NCBI RefSeq assembly: GCF_004765795.1
Contig: NZ_SBIV01000008.1
Coordinates: 1-64,000, forward strand
Direction of reading: 5' to 3'
Origin: Halorussus marinus
GTDB taxonomy: Archaea > Halobacteriota > Halobacteria > Halobacteriales > Haladaptataceae
DNA: 64,000 nt
Shown: positions 1 through 10,003 of the stretch, one piece after another
How the letters are laid out: every line of letters begins with the position of its first letter
Position numbering within the stretch: the stretch's first letter is position 1
Program-made: the position numbers and the translations under genes
Notes under the pieces: generated by a model
Database searches by the model: none
What the model saw: the letters and a program-made list of their open reading frames with translations, nothing else
What the model was told of the DNA's origin: nothing

Positions 1-149
1 TCGGCGCCGGCCCGGACGGCGGCGGCCGCGGCGTGGGCGGCCAGCGGCCGGTCGGCGACCGGCAACATCGGTTTCGGGAGCGACGCCGACAGCGGGCGGA
101 TCCGCGTGCCTTCACCCGCCGCGAGGACGACCGCTTGCGTCCGTGTCAT
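1..149 (-). CDS. Sugar-phosphate nucleotidyltransferase (GlmU-like), 5' part only; runs off window start
   Basis: Manual translation MTRTQAVVLAAGEGTRIRPLSASLPKPMLPVADRP: LAAGxGTR and PKPML NTP-transferase motifs; divergent from glmS. Confidence 0.85.
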   Translation of the reverse strand, partial: MTRTQAVVLAAGEGTRIRPLSASLPKPMLPVADRPLAAHAAAAAVRAGA

Positions 150-569
150 CGTCGACACTAACCAGCACGCGATATTTTGTTACCCCCCTCTTGTGGCTCG
201 GTAAGCGTCCGGTACCCGAAACGTGGGCGCACACATCTGACCGGGAAGGCGATCCCGAACGGTCAGCCCGGTGTCGGGACGAATCGGCGCTCGGGCGGGC
301 GTCCGGAGCTTAAGTCGGTCCTACGTCGAGCGTATCAGCGCCTACGACCGGGTCAGCAGGCGTATAACAAAGGGGAGCCGACGCCTCCACTGGAGTATCG
401 CCCGCTCCCCGTTCTTCGGGGCGGTCTGGACGACACAACGTGTGATGGATATGAACTACGGACACCCTAGCCGACTGCCGCTCGACAGACCGCGGGACGC
501 CGTCCCGAGCGAACGCCGTGTCGCGACGAACTCAACTATGACAGGAACGAACTCGACGGGGGCTCACTA

Positions 570-2390
570 ATGTGTGGTATCATCGCCCGTATCGGCGGTA
601 ACGACGGCGCGGTCGACGAGTTGCTCACCGGACTCGAGAACCTCGAGTACCGGGGGTACGACTCGGCCGGGCTGGCGGTAAAGAACGGTAGCGGACCCGA
701 AGTGGTCAAACGCGAGGGCGAGATCTCCCACCTGAAGGAGGCTCTCGCCGACGAGGTGCCAGACGGCGGCCTCGGCATCGGTCACACGCGGTGGTCGACC
801 CACGGGCCGCCGACAGATGCCAACGCCCACCCCCACACCGACTGCACCGGCGACGTCGCGATCGTCCACAACGGAATCATCGAGAACTACGACGAGCTCA
901 AATCCGAACTCGCCGACCGCGGCCACGAGTTCACGAGCGACACCGACACCGAGGTCGTCCCCCACCTCGTCGAGGAGGCGCTCGACGACGGTGACGACCC
1001 CGAGACCGCGTTTCGGCGGACTATCGAGAAGCTGTCGGGGAGCTACGCCGTGGCGATGATCACCAGCCACGACCACGCGGTGTACGCGACCCGTCGGGGG
1101 TCGCCGCTGGTGTTGGGCGTCAGCGACGGCGAGTACTTCCTCGCGAGCGACGTGCCCGCGTTCCTCGATTTCACCGACGACGTCGTCTACCTCGACGACG
1201 GCGACGTGGTCGTCGTCGAGCCCGACGGCCACCGGATCACGAGCGCCGACGGCGAGCGGGTCGACCGGGCGATCCGGACGGTCGACTGGGACCCCGAAGA
1301 CGCCGGGAAAGGCGGCTACGACCACTACATGCTCAAGGAGATCCACGAACAGCCCGCCGCGCTCCGCCAGACCCTCCGCGGGCGGGCCGACCCCGCGACC
1401 GGCGAGATCCACCTCGAAGACTTCCCGCCGGGGACCTTCGAGGGCGTGAAGCGGGTCCAGTTCGTCGCCTGTGGCACCTCGTACCACGCGGGGCTGGTCG
1501 GCGCCCAGTTCCTCTCCGAAGGCGGCGTCCCGGCCCAGGCGTTTCTCGCCAGCGAATACGCGACCGCACAGCCACCCGTCGACGAGGAGACGCTGGTGAT
1601 CGGCGTGACCCAGAGCGGCGAGACCGCCGACACGCTGGCGGCCCTGCGGCAGGCCACCGCCAGCGGGGCGCCGACGCTCGCGGTCACGAACGTCGTCGGT
1701 TCGACCGCCGCACGGGAGTGTGACGACGCGCTGTTCATCCGCGCGGGCCCCGAGATCGGCGTCGCCGCGACCAAGACGTTCTCCTCGCAGGTGGTGTCGC
1801 TGGCGCTGCTCGGCGAGCGACTCGTCCGGGACGTGACCGGCACCCGGACCGACGGCGCGCGCGAGCGCCTCGAGGCACTCTCGGAGCTACCGGGCCACGT
1901 CCAGCAGATCCTCGATTACACGAGCGCCCGACGGGTCGCCGCGGAGTACCGCGACAGCGACGCCTACTTCTTCATCGGTCGCGGATCGGTGTTCCCGGTC
2001 GCCCTGGAGGGCGCGCTGAAGTTCAAGGAGATCTCCTACGAGCACGCCGAGGGGTTCGCGGCCGGCGAACTCAAGCACGGGCCGCTCGCGCTGGTGACCC
2101 CCGACACCCCGGTCTTCGCGGTGTTCACCGGTCGGAACGACGAGAAGACGCTGGGCAACGTCAAGGAGGCCGAGGCGCGGGGCGCGCCCGTGGTCGCGAT
2201 CGCCCGCGGCGACGCCGACGGCGCCCGCCAGTACGCCGACGACGTGCTGACGATCCCGGACACCCATCCAGACGTGGCGGGCGTGCTGGCGAACGTCCAG
2301 CTCCAGTTGCTGTCGTACTACGCCGCCGACCTGCTCGATCGACCGATCGACAAGCCGAGAAACCTCGCGAAGAGCGTCACCGTCGAGTAG
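570..2390 (+). CDS. glmS: Glutamine--fructose-6-phosphate transaminase (isomerizing)
   Basis: N-terminal MCGI, LEYRGYDSAG, GHTRWSTHG, SQSGET-like (TQSGETAD), C-terminal PRNLAKSVTVE. Confidence 0.97.
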   Translation: MCGIIARIGGNDGAVDELLTGLENLEYRGYDSAGLAVKNGSGPEVVKREGEISHLKEALADEVPDGGLGIGHTRWSTHGPPTDANAHPHTDCTGDVAIVHNGIIENYDELKSELADRGHEFTSDTDTEVVPHLVEEALDDGDDPETAFRRTIEKLSGSYAVAMITSHDHAVYATRRGSPLVLGVSDGEYFLASDVPAFLDFTDDVVYLDDGDVVVVEPDGHRITSADGERVDRAIRTVDWDPEDAGKGGYDHYMLKEIHEQPAALRQTLRGRADPATGEIHLEDFPPGTFEGVKRVQFVACGTSYHAGLVGAQFLSEGGVPAQAFLASEYATAQPPVDEETLVIGVTQSGETADTLAALRQATASGAPTLAVTNVVGSTAARECDDALFIRAGPEIGVAATKTFSSQVVSLALLGERLVRDVTGTRTDGARERLEALSELPGHVQQILDYTSARRVAAEYRDSDAYFFIGRGSVFPVALEGALKFKEISYEHAEGFAAGELKHGPLALVTPDTPVFAVFTGRNDEKTLGNVKEAEARGAPVVAIARGDADGARQYADDVLTIPDTHPDVAGVLANVQLQLLSYYAADLLDRPIDKPRNLAKSVTVE

Positions 2391-2469
2391 GAAACACCCG
2401 ATTACCGTGGAGAACGCTTCTGAACGGTCGGACCGATTTACTCGCCGAGGCTCCGATAGATTCGCTACG

Positions 2470-3417
2470 ATGGGGTCTGTCGTACTCTCGCTCGATGCGG
2501 AACTCGCGTGGGGCTTCCACGATCACGACGAACTGGCCGAGGACCGGGTCTCGGCGGCTCGCGAGTCGTGGCTCGGGCTGTTGGAACTGTTCGACGACTT
2601 CGACGTGCCCGCGACGTGGGCCGTGGTAGGCCACCTCATGCTCGACAGTTGCGACGGCGAGCACGCCGGCCACCCGACCCCCGACGGCTGGTTCGAGCGC
2701 GACCCCGGGAGCTGGGAGGGCCGCGACGACCGGTGGTACGGCTCGAAGCTGGTCGACGCGATCGAGGCCGCCGACGCGGACCACGAGATCGGGAGCCACA
2801 CCTTCTCGCACGTCGAGTTCGGGCACACGACCCGCGAGATCGCCGCCGCCGAGATGCGCGAGTGCGTCGAGATCGCCGAGGACCGCGGCAGTTCGGTCGA
2901 CTCGGTCGTCTTCCCCCGAAACTACGTCGGTCACCGGGACGTGCTTGCGGCCTACGGCGTCACGTCCTACCGAGGGACCAAACCCAGACGGTGGTACGAC
3001 CGCGGCCCGCTCGGGTCGGCCGCGAAGCTCCTGGGCTGGCCGACCGGCGCGGTCTCGCCCACGATGGTCATCCCGGAGATCGACGAGTACGGACTGGTGA
3101 ACGTGCCGGCGTCGCTCTACCTGTTCGGCTTCGAGGGGCGAGCGCGCTCGGCGGTCGAACGGGCGACCGGCGATCCGGTCGTCGAGATGGCCCGCCGAGG
3201 TATCGACCGGGCGTCGACCGGCGACGGCGTGTTCCACATGTGGCTCCATCCGAACAACCTGACCGACGAGCGGGACTTCGACCGGATGAGGGCGATCCTC
3301 GAACACCTCGCCGCGGTCCGAGACCGGACGCCGCTCACCGTCGAGACGATGGGCGAGATCGCCGCGGACCTCAAAGACGACGAGCCCCTGCCGCGCGAGC
3401 CGATCGGCCCCCGGTAA
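2470..3417 (+). CDS. Polysaccharide deacetylase family protein
   Basis: SLDAELAWG, PATWAVVG, HEIGSHTFSH, VFPRN and HMWLHP motifs; alternative GTG start at 2407. Confidence 0.85.
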   Translation: MGSVVLSLDAELAWGFHDHDELAEDRVSAARESWLGLLELFDDFDVPATWAVVGHLMLDSCDGEHAGHPTPDGWFERDPGSWEGRDDRWYGSKLVDAIEAADADHEIGSHTFSHVEFGHTTREIAAAEMRECVEIAEDRGSSVDSVVFPRNYVGHRDVLAAYGVTSYRGTKPRRWYDRGPLGSAAKLLGWPTGAVSPTMVIPEIDEYGLVNVPASLYLFGFEGRARSAVERATGDPVVEMARRGIDRASTGDGVFHMWLHPNNLTDERDFDRMRAILEHLAAVRDRTPLTVETMGEIAADLKDDEPLPREPIGPR

Positions 3418-3519
3418 CGCGGCGTTCCGCGAGAAGCCGTCTCACCGATGGAGTTCGTCCGCGCGCCGCGAGAAGCGAGTCTCGCTCGACGGTGCGTGCC
3501 GGGCGAGTTGTCACGAGAG

Positions 3520-3604
3520 CGGAAGGGGCGGGAGTCGAACCACGCGAAGCCTGTCGGGCTGCCACCGGAAAACCGGTGGCGCTCTACCACTGAGCTACCC
3601 TTCC
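3520..3604 (-). ncRNA. tRNA-like RNA / atypical tRNA with non-canonical anticodon arm
   Basis: Reverse complement folds as GGAAGGG/CCCTTCC acceptor, GCTC-AGTGGTA-GAGC D arm, CCACC-GGTTTTCC-GGTGG anticodon arm, AGCC-CGACA-GGCT variable arm, GCG(T)GG-TTCGACT-CCCGC T arm, discriminator G. Confidence 0.75.
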
Positions 3605-3727
3605 ACGGTCGTCAGTTCGTATCGCGGTGTCTTTGTCATGTTTAGCGCGGACGGAAGTAACCGTTTCGCTACGTTTGGGGATCGCGGGCGTCCGCTCTGT
3701 ATCGGTGGGGCGACGAGCGGTGGGCCC

Positions 3728-4582
3728 TCAGGTGTTGACCGACTCGATGCGGTCGCTGACGACCAACTGCCCCTGCGCGGTCAGCGACACGCCCTTCTGG
3801 CCCTCCTCGATTAGCCCCTCGTCCGTGAGGTCGTTGAGGACCATCGTGACCTGACTCGAGTCGAGCCCCAACATCCCGGCGAGGTCCCCGCTGGTCGCGC
3901 CGGAGTAGATAGCGACCAGCGCCTCCATCGCGTCCTCCGAGAGCTCGACGTCTTCGACCTCGCGGGCGAGTTCGGAGTACTCCAGCCGGAGGTATCGGCC
4001 GAGCAGGTTGAGTTTGCGCTCGCTCTGGAGCGTAAACTCCGAGGTGACCGACTGGCCCTCCTCGGCGTGGCGCAACACGATCACCTGCTCGCTCTCACGT
4101 TCTTCTTTCTGGAAGTAGGTGACGTTGGCGAGCTCGACGGTCATCGATCCGGGTCCCTCGAACCGGACCGTTCCGGGCGCGATCCGGAGCTTGGCGGGGC
4201 GAAACGTCGCGTCGGTCACTCGACCGCCCACCCGAGCGGGGTGTTTGACTTTCGCCTTCGATCCGGTGAGCTCGGCCTTGAACAAGACGGTCTTGAACCG
4301 CGAGACCTCCTCGGAGCCAGCCTCGACGACCGCCGTCCGCCGGGCGTCGCCGTCACGGTACGCGATCGTGATGGTGTCTTGAAAGAACGATTCGAGGTCG
4401 CCGGGGACGTGGCCGACGTTGACGTCGAAGATCGCCGTGAGGGGGATCGTGGTCTTGGAGTCGTCGGTCGCCATCACCAGCCGCTTTTTGCTCAACACGA
4501 TGCGACCCCGGACGGGCTCGGGGGTGTCGAACGTGTCGAGGGTGAAGCGCGCGACGAAGTCGGCGATGACCTTTTCGGACAT
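3728..4582 (-). CDS. cheF: CheF family chemotaxis adaptor (CheY-to-archaellum), C-terminal HTH
   Basis: MSEKVIADFVARF, PVRGRIVLSKKRLV, HPARVGGRVTD; adjacent to arlJ. Confidence 0.85.
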   Translation of the reverse strand: MSEKVIADFVARFTLDTFDTPEPVRGRIVLSKKRLVMATDDSKTTIPLTAIFDVNVGHVPGDLESFFQDTITIAYRDGDARRTAVVEAGSEEVSRFKTVLFKAELTGSKAKVKHPARVGGRVTDATFRPAKLRIAPGTVRFEGPGSMTVELANVTYFQKEERESEQVIVLRHAEEGQSVTSEFTLQSERKLNLLGRYLRLEYSELAREVEDVELSEDAMEALVAIYSGATSGDLAGMLGLDSSQVTMVLNDLTDEGLIEEGQKGVSLTAQGQLVVSDRIESVNT

Positions 4583-4665
4583 GGTTGGTCGAGACCCGGC
4601 GAGTCGGCCGTCTCGTTGGACGGACATTCGAACAGGATGTACATATTTTTTCGGTTCGCCGCCGG

Positions 4666-6393
4666 TCAGACGTTCAGGAACGAGCCCACGACGAACTGAG
4701 TGAACACCGCGATCACGCTCGACACCCAGGTCAACAACACGTAGTGGACGTAGGTGTTGACCTTGTGACCGCCGTCGGCGATCCGGATCATCAGCGACGA
4801 CAGGATGGAGTTGAGCAGGATAATAATCAACAACAGGTATTCGATGGTCTGGATATCGTACACCTCAGTGTGGATGATGGTGCCGAAGTCGAACTGTGCG
4901 GTATTCAGTCCGATCGACATCCCTGCCAGCACATCGACGATTTCGAGTCCGATGAAAAAGGCAAACGTCGACGCCGCCGTGATGCCGTAGAGGACGCCGA
5001 TGAGCGTCACCGTCGACTGGGTGCGCCGCTCCCGGAGTTGAAGCACCTCGTTCATGTTACTCGAGATGAGCTCGCCCAGCTTCTTCGGATCGCCACCCAT
5101 CTGGCGGCCGATCAGGAACATCTCGCTGAACTTCTGGATGAGGTACGACCGCGACTCGGCCGTGAAGTGGCGCCACGCCAGTTCCGCTTCGATCCGCATG
5201 TTGAGCCGCTTGTAGAGGTCGTCGACGTTGTCGGTCAGCGCGCCGAAGTTCTTGCCGCGCAGGCTCTCGAGAACTTTCGTCGTCGTGCTCTGTTTCGCGG
5301 TCTCGGTCGCGCCGAGCGCCCGGATGAAGCTGGTGAACTCCTCGTCGCGCTCCTTGATCTCCTCTTCTTCGCTCCGGACGACGATACCCGGGATCAAAAG
5401 CGGCGTGGTCGGGATCGCGGCGAAGAACGGCAGCGGGATCGAGTCGGGGTCGATGCCGGTCTGGCCCATCAACACCAGCAGACAGACGGCGATAGCCACG
5501 AGCGTGAGCACCACGCCGACCGCGACGGCGATGCGAATCCGCCACTCCGAGCCGGTCGTCCGGTGCTCGGGGTGAAACCACACCGGATCGTACGGGGCGG
5601 TGTTCCGGATCAGCAGCAGGAAACCCGTCTGAACGAACGCGAACAGCAATACAACGGCTCCGACCGTCATCGTCGGGTTCGTACCGGTCAGGATGGGCAG
5701 AACCGTAGCGAACACGAGCGCGAACGTCACCGAGAGCACCATCGAGAGGTAGAGGTCTTTCATCACTTCGAGGTTCTGAAGCGAACCCTCGTAGATCGTG
5801 ACGTAGTTTTGGATGACCACGTCCTGCTCGCTCAGCAGAAAGTCCTGGATCTCCTGGCCGGCGTTGATGGTGTAGGCGAGGCGGTCGAGGAAGTCGGCGA
5901 ACGGCTTGCTCGGTGACTTGTCCGCTCGGATTCGGAGCGCGTCGTCGAGGCTCTGATTCCAGGTGTCGACCAGTTGCGTTATCCGGCGCATCTCCTCGGA
6001 GAGCGCGCCGTACTCCTCTTCCTCACCGAGCGTCCGGAACACCTCGACGCGGTCGATGTTCGCGGTCGAGAGGATCGTCATGTGGGTGATAAACAGGTGA
6101 AGGCGATCCTCGATCTCCTTGCGCTTCTGATCGCGCAGGATCTTGGGGTAGATGACCGCGACGACCAGCGCGAGCGTTCCGAGCAGCGGAATCGGCACCG
6201 AGACGAGTAGGGGAAAGTCGGTGATGACGAAGACCGCGACGCTGAGCACGAAAAACAGGATCGACGGCCCGACGACCACCGCGAGGTACCGGGAGACTGG
6301 CGTCTCCATCTGCTGGTAGGACTCGACCGTCGAGGAGGCGAAGCCTGCGAGGAGGTCTTTCGCGTTCGACGCGGGTTGTTCGGTGCCTGCCAT
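4666..6393 (-). CDS. flaJ: Archaellar assembly membrane platform protein ArlJ/FlaJ
   Basis: Multi-TM T2SS-F-like protein, LVDTWNQSLDDA motif, operon context. Confidence 0.92.
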   Translation of the reverse strand: MAGTEQPASNAKDLLAGFASSTVESYQQMETPVSRYLAVVVGPSILFFVLSVAVFVITDFPLLVSVPIPLLGTLALVVAVIYPKILRDQKRKEIEDRLHLFITHMTILSTANIDRVEVFRTLGEEEEYGALSEEMRRITQLVDTWNQSLDDALRIRADKSPSKPFADFLDRLAYTINAGQEIQDFLLSEQDVVIQNYVTIYEGSLQNLEVMKDLYLSMVLSVTFALVFATVLPILTGTNPTMTVGAVVLLFAFVQTGFLLLIRNTAPYDPVWFHPEHRTTGSEWRIRIAVAVGVVLTLVAIAVCLLVLMGQTGIDPDSIPLPFFAAIPTTPLLIPGIVVRSEEEEIKERDEEFTSFIRALGATETAKQSTTTKVLESLRGKNFGALTDNVDDLYKRLNMRIEAELAWRHFTAESRSYLIQKFSEMFLIGRQMGGDPKKLGELISSNMNEVLQLRERRTQSTVTLIGVLYGITAASTFAFFIGLEIVDVLAGMSIGLNTAQFDFGTIIHTEVYDIQTIEYLLLIIILLNSILSSLMIRIADGGHKVNTYVHYVLLTWVSSVIAVFTQFVVGSFLNV

Positions 6394-6543
6394 GGTCGTC
6401 GAGAGTCGAGTCGTGTTCGCGGGATTTAGGCCCCACCGTCATAAATCTTGTAAGCCGGGAACGTCGATCCAAAACACGGTGCGAGCGGGGCTCGGGCGCC
6501 GAAACCCACAGACAGACCGCAATCGGTATAGGGCAGACTCCGA

Positions 6544-8325
6544 CTAGTCGAACGACCGGTGGATGTCGAACGGGAGCCCATCGACGCCGTCGCGCTGGAA
6601 CGCCTCGATGGCTTCGTTGACCTCGTGGTAGCCGAGGATGTTCTCCTCGATCATGCGCTCGAACAGCTCCGCCCGGAAATCGAGTTCGTTGTAGATGTCG
6701 CGGGTGTTCTCGTACCCGAGCAGGGTCGCGATCTGCTCTTCGAGCACGAAGGAGTTGTTCATCCCCTGGAAGACGATCTCGTCCTCGACGGGGTCCCAGT
6801 AGAACGCCTGTCGGGTGACGACCCCGCCCATCTCCTTCGAGTAGCCCTCGATCTCCTGGACCGACGTGACCCGGCGCAACACGTCGTCGCCCTGCTTGAC
6901 GCGGTTCTGGAACAGCGCGACGTCGGCGTTGTCCATGAACGTCTCGGGGATGTTGATCGGGTCGCCGGTGAACCGCTGGATCATCGAGACGATGTCGCTC
7001 GCGTGGAACGTCAGCATCACTGGGTGGCCGGTCTGGGCCGCCTGGAACGCCATTCGACCCTCCTCGCCACGCACCTCCCCGACGATGATGTAGTCGGGGC
7101 GCGACCGGAGCGCGGCCGCGACGAGGTCGAACATGTCGACGTCCGAGGAATCCTCGCCGCCGCCCTCCCGAGTGAGCAACTGCTGCCAGGTGTCGTGGGG
7201 CGGCAGGACCTCGGCGGTGTCCTCCGCGGTGTAGATCTTCGAGTCCCGCGGGATGAACGACATGATACAGTTCAGCGTCGTCGTCTTCCCGGACGCCGTC
7301 TCCCCGACGACGAACACGGTCTGTTCGTTCTCCAGACAGAGCCAGAGGTACGCCGCCAGCTTCGGCGACAGCGTCCCCCACTTGGTAATCTGGGCGACCG
7401 ACAGCGGCGTACCCTCGCCCTGCCGGATGGTGAGGCTCGGGCCCTTCAGGCTCACGTCGTCGGAGTAGATGATGTTGATACGCGACCCGTCGGGCAGCGT
7501 CGAGTCGACGATGGGGTCGGAGTCAGAAACCGGGTCGCCGATGCGTTCGCCCATGTTTCGGAGCCAGTTGTCGAACTGCTCGGGCGTCCCGAAGTCGACG
7601 CTGGTTCCCAACATCCCGAACGTGCCGTGGTCGACGTACGTCTCGTGGGGGCCGATGACGTGAATGTCCTCGTTTGCGGGGTCGCGCATGATGGGTTCGA
7701 GCGGCCCGAACCCCACGATGTCGCGGTTCAGCCGATACCGGATGTTCTCGTAGGTCTGCTCGGAGACCTCGTAGGTGCCGATGTTCGTCAGCTCTTTGAC
7801 CGTTCGGACGACGTCCTCGGTCGAGAACGACCGGACGCCCTGCTTGAAGTCGTTGTACGAGACTTCCTTGATCCACTGGAGGATCTCCTGGGGCGAGAGG
7901 TTGGTGACGCTTCGGCCCGCGCCCCCGTCGCCGTCGTTGATCGCGACCGTTTCGTCGAGCAACTCCTCGATGCGGTCGTCGTACTCGGACTCGTTTGCGG
8001 GCGCGGGCTTGTTCACACTCCGTTCGAGGATCTGACTCCGAACGTTGCCGAACAGCTCTTGTTCGGTCCCCGAGAGGTCGGGCTCGACCGCGTAGTACTC
8101 GGTGTCCTGACCCACGTCGCCGTAGATGTGACAGTAGATGGGACCGCCGACGGGGTAGATCACGTTCGGCTTGTCGGCCTCCCACTCGTCGGAGGGTTCG
8201 TCGATGAGTCGGGGGAACTCCCCGGTGAACTGCTTGAACCGCTTGAGGTAGTCCCGCAGGTGGGGCCGGCGCATGGCGACTTCCCGAAGGTCGTCTTGAA
8301 TCTGTGCGGTCCCGTGTTCGGTCAT
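6544..8325 (-). CDS. flaI: Archaellum motor ATPase ArlI/FlaI
   Basis: Walker A GETASGKTT, LRSRPDYIIVGEVRG, QTGH His box. Confidence 0.95.
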   Translation of the reverse strand: MTEHGTAQIQDDLREVAMRRPHLRDYLKRFKQFTGEFPRLIDEPSDEWEADKPNVIYPVGGPIYCHIYGDVGQDTEYYAVEPDLSGTEQELFGNVRSQILERSVNKPAPANESEYDDRIEELLDETVAINDGDGGAGRSVTNLSPQEILQWIKEVSYNDFKQGVRSFSTEDVVRTVKELTNIGTYEVSEQTYENIRYRLNRDIVGFGPLEPIMRDPANEDIHVIGPHETYVDHGTFGMLGTSVDFGTPEQFDNWLRNMGERIGDPVSDSDPIVDSTLPDGSRINIIYSDDVSLKGPSLTIRQGEGTPLSVAQITKWGTLSPKLAAYLWLCLENEQTVFVVGETASGKTTTLNCIMSFIPRDSKIYTAEDTAEVLPPHDTWQQLLTREGGGEDSSDVDMFDLVAAALRSRPDYIIVGEVRGEEGRMAFQAAQTGHPVMLTFHASDIVSMIQRFTGDPINIPETFMDNADVALFQNRVKQGDDVLRRVTSVQEIEGYSKEMGGVVTRQAFYWDPVEDEIVFQGMNNSFVLEEQIATLLGYENTRDIYNELDFRAELFERMIEENILGYHEVNEAIEAFQRDGVDGLPFDIHRSFD

Positions 8326-8333
8326 GGTGGTCC

Positions 8334-9101
8334 TTACGCCACGCTACGGCTCTCGATGACGATTCCGGCGTCGGCGCGCACCGAGAACCCGATGGTGTCG
8401 CCGACCTGTTCGCCCATCCCGGCGAACCGCTTGACGGAGATGTTCCGTCGTACGTCGTTGCCGACCTCGACCATCTGAAGCTCCATGAACACGTCCGCGA
8501 TGGCCCGGAAGGGTCCGATCGCCTCCTCGTCGACCGTCGACGGGTCGACCGTCAGGACGATGACCTTCCCCTGCGAGACCAGATCGCGGAAAAAGGAGAT
8601 GATCTCGAGGGCCGCCTGACGCTCCTCGTTCTGTCGAATGAGCGCCTCGAACATGGGGTCGTTGCGGAGGATGGCGTCGAAGGTGTCGATGACGACCACG
8701 TCGGCGTTCCACATCGCCTCGGCGTTCATCAGCCGATTGAGCAGTTCCTTGCGATTCCCCTCGTCGTCTTCGTCCGGACGGGTGAGCCGCCGGCCGCTAC
8801 CGGTGTCGACGTCGGCGTGAAGGAACAGGAGGCGCTCGTCGAGGAGGTGGTCCTCGACGCCGTACGACAGCGAGTGCATCTGGTCGATGAACCCGCCGAT
8901 GGTGAGTTCGGTCGACAACAGCGTGACCGAGTGACCCGTCTCGCAGAGCCCGTAGCTGAACCGCTGGCTCATCGCGGACTTGCCGGCCCCGTAGTCGCCC
9001 TCGATGAGGATGATCGAGCCGCGGGGGATGCCGCCCCCGAGTTCGTGGTTCAGTCGGTCGTGGTCTTCGAGGCCGAGCGAGTAGAGATTGTCTCGTGTCA
9101 T
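8334..9101 (-). CDS. flaH: Archaellum RecA/KaiC-like ATPase ArlH/FlaH
   Basis: [16 protein letters not shown] Walker [10 protein letters not shown]-terminus. Confidence 0.92.
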   Translation of the reverse strand: MTRDNLYSLGLEDHDRLNHELGGGIPRGSIILIEGDYGAGKSAMSQRFSYGLCETGHSVTLLSTELTIGGFIDQMHSLSYGVEDHLLDERLLFLHADVDTGSGRRLTRPDEDDEGNRKELLNRLMNAEAMWNADVVVIDTFDAILRNDPMFEALIRQNEERQAALEIISFFRDLVSQGKVIVLTVDPSTVDEEAIGPFRAIADVFMELQMVEVGNDVRRNISVKRFAGMGEQVGDTIGFSVRADAGIVIESRSVA

Positions 9102-9553
9102 GTTCGGAACTCAAGCACCTCCTCGTCGTTGTTGACGATGACGGTCACGCGGTGGTCGCCGGCGCCGAGCCCGCTGTCGAGCGGTATTTCCAACCTAGCG
9201 ACGTTTCCGACCCGCCACGCCTCGCCGTCGAGGACTTCCACCGTAACGTCTACCTGATACGTGCCGTCTACCAGCACTTCAATCTGGTCACTGTCGGCGG
9301 GGAGATCCAACGACCCGGTGTTTTTCACCAGCACGGTCACCGTGTTGCTACCGTCGTCGTAAATCGCGTCGGTGCTCGCGGGATCGCTGATGATCTCGAC
9401 GTCGGTTCGGACGTCTTGGGAGACATCGAGGCTCCGGTCGCCGAGCGCCGACGACAGCCGCTGGACGCCCTGCGTGAACGTCCCCGCGACGCTCGCCGCG
9501 ATGAGCAGGCTCGCGATGAACAGGATGAGGTGGGAACTGGAGACGCTCGCCAT
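9098..9553 (-). CDS. flaG: Archaellar protein ArlG/FlaG
   Basis: [17 protein letters not shown]-terminus, IISDP, VKNTGS. Confidence 0.88.
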   Translation of the reverse strand: MASVSSSHLILFIASLLIAASVAGTFTQGVQRLSSALGDRSLDVSQDVRTDVEIISDPASTDAIYDDGSNTVTVLVKNTGSLDLPADSDQIEVLVDGTYQVDVTVEVLDGEAWRVGNVARLEIPLDSGLGAGDHRVTVIVNNDEEVLEFRT

Positions 9554-10003
9554 TTAGCTCACCCCCGCCGACGCGGAGACGCCCGGCTCGGTGACGATCT
9601 TCACCCGGCTCGGAGCGGGATCGGAGCCGTAATCGTACTCGATGTGGAGGGTCTCGCCGGGCACCCAGAGGTCCGTCTCCGAGTTGCCGTCGACGTCCAG
9701 CGTGATCATATTTTCGTCCGTGAGGGAGGTGTAGTTTCCATCTATAAGAAGGTCGGTGTCATTCACCGAGAGGGTCGTCGAGCCGGTGTTCTCGACGGTC
9801 ACGTTCAGCGTCGTCGAGCCCGTATTCGAGGCTTGACCGATGCTCACGTCCGTGTTCTCCCGGACGAGTTCGTCGTCGGTGCTGTCCTCGTAGGCGTCGT
9901 TGACCAGCTCGAGGCCGTTGCTCGCCGCGGTGTAGGCCATCCCGAAGCTGATGACGATGCCGAGGAACAGGACCACCGTCCCGCCGCTAACGCTGAATCC
10001 CAT
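9554..10003 (-). CDS. flaF: Archaellar protein ArlF/FlaF
   Basis: MGFSVSG N-terminal TM, NTGSTTLSV, LWVPGETL. Confidence 0.85.
   Translation of the reverse strand: MGFSVSGGTVVLFLGIVISFGMAYTAASNGLELVNDAYEDSTDDELVRENTDVSIGQASNTGSTTLNVTVENTGSTTLSVNDTDLLIDGNYTSLTDENMITLDVDGNSETDLWVPGETLHIEYDYGSDPAPSRVKIVTEPGVSASAGVS

Noticed and set aside
150..569. glmS ribozyme
   Set aside because: It is a bacterial element and I could not recognise its conserved core here; an Rfam search would be needed to claim it.
3520..3604. Selenocysteine/pyrrolysine tRNA, intron-containing tRNA or quadruplet suppressor
   Set aside because: No TCA/CTA anticodon, standard 7-bp acceptor, no bulge-helix-bulge motif, and no U33 for an anticodon U-turn.
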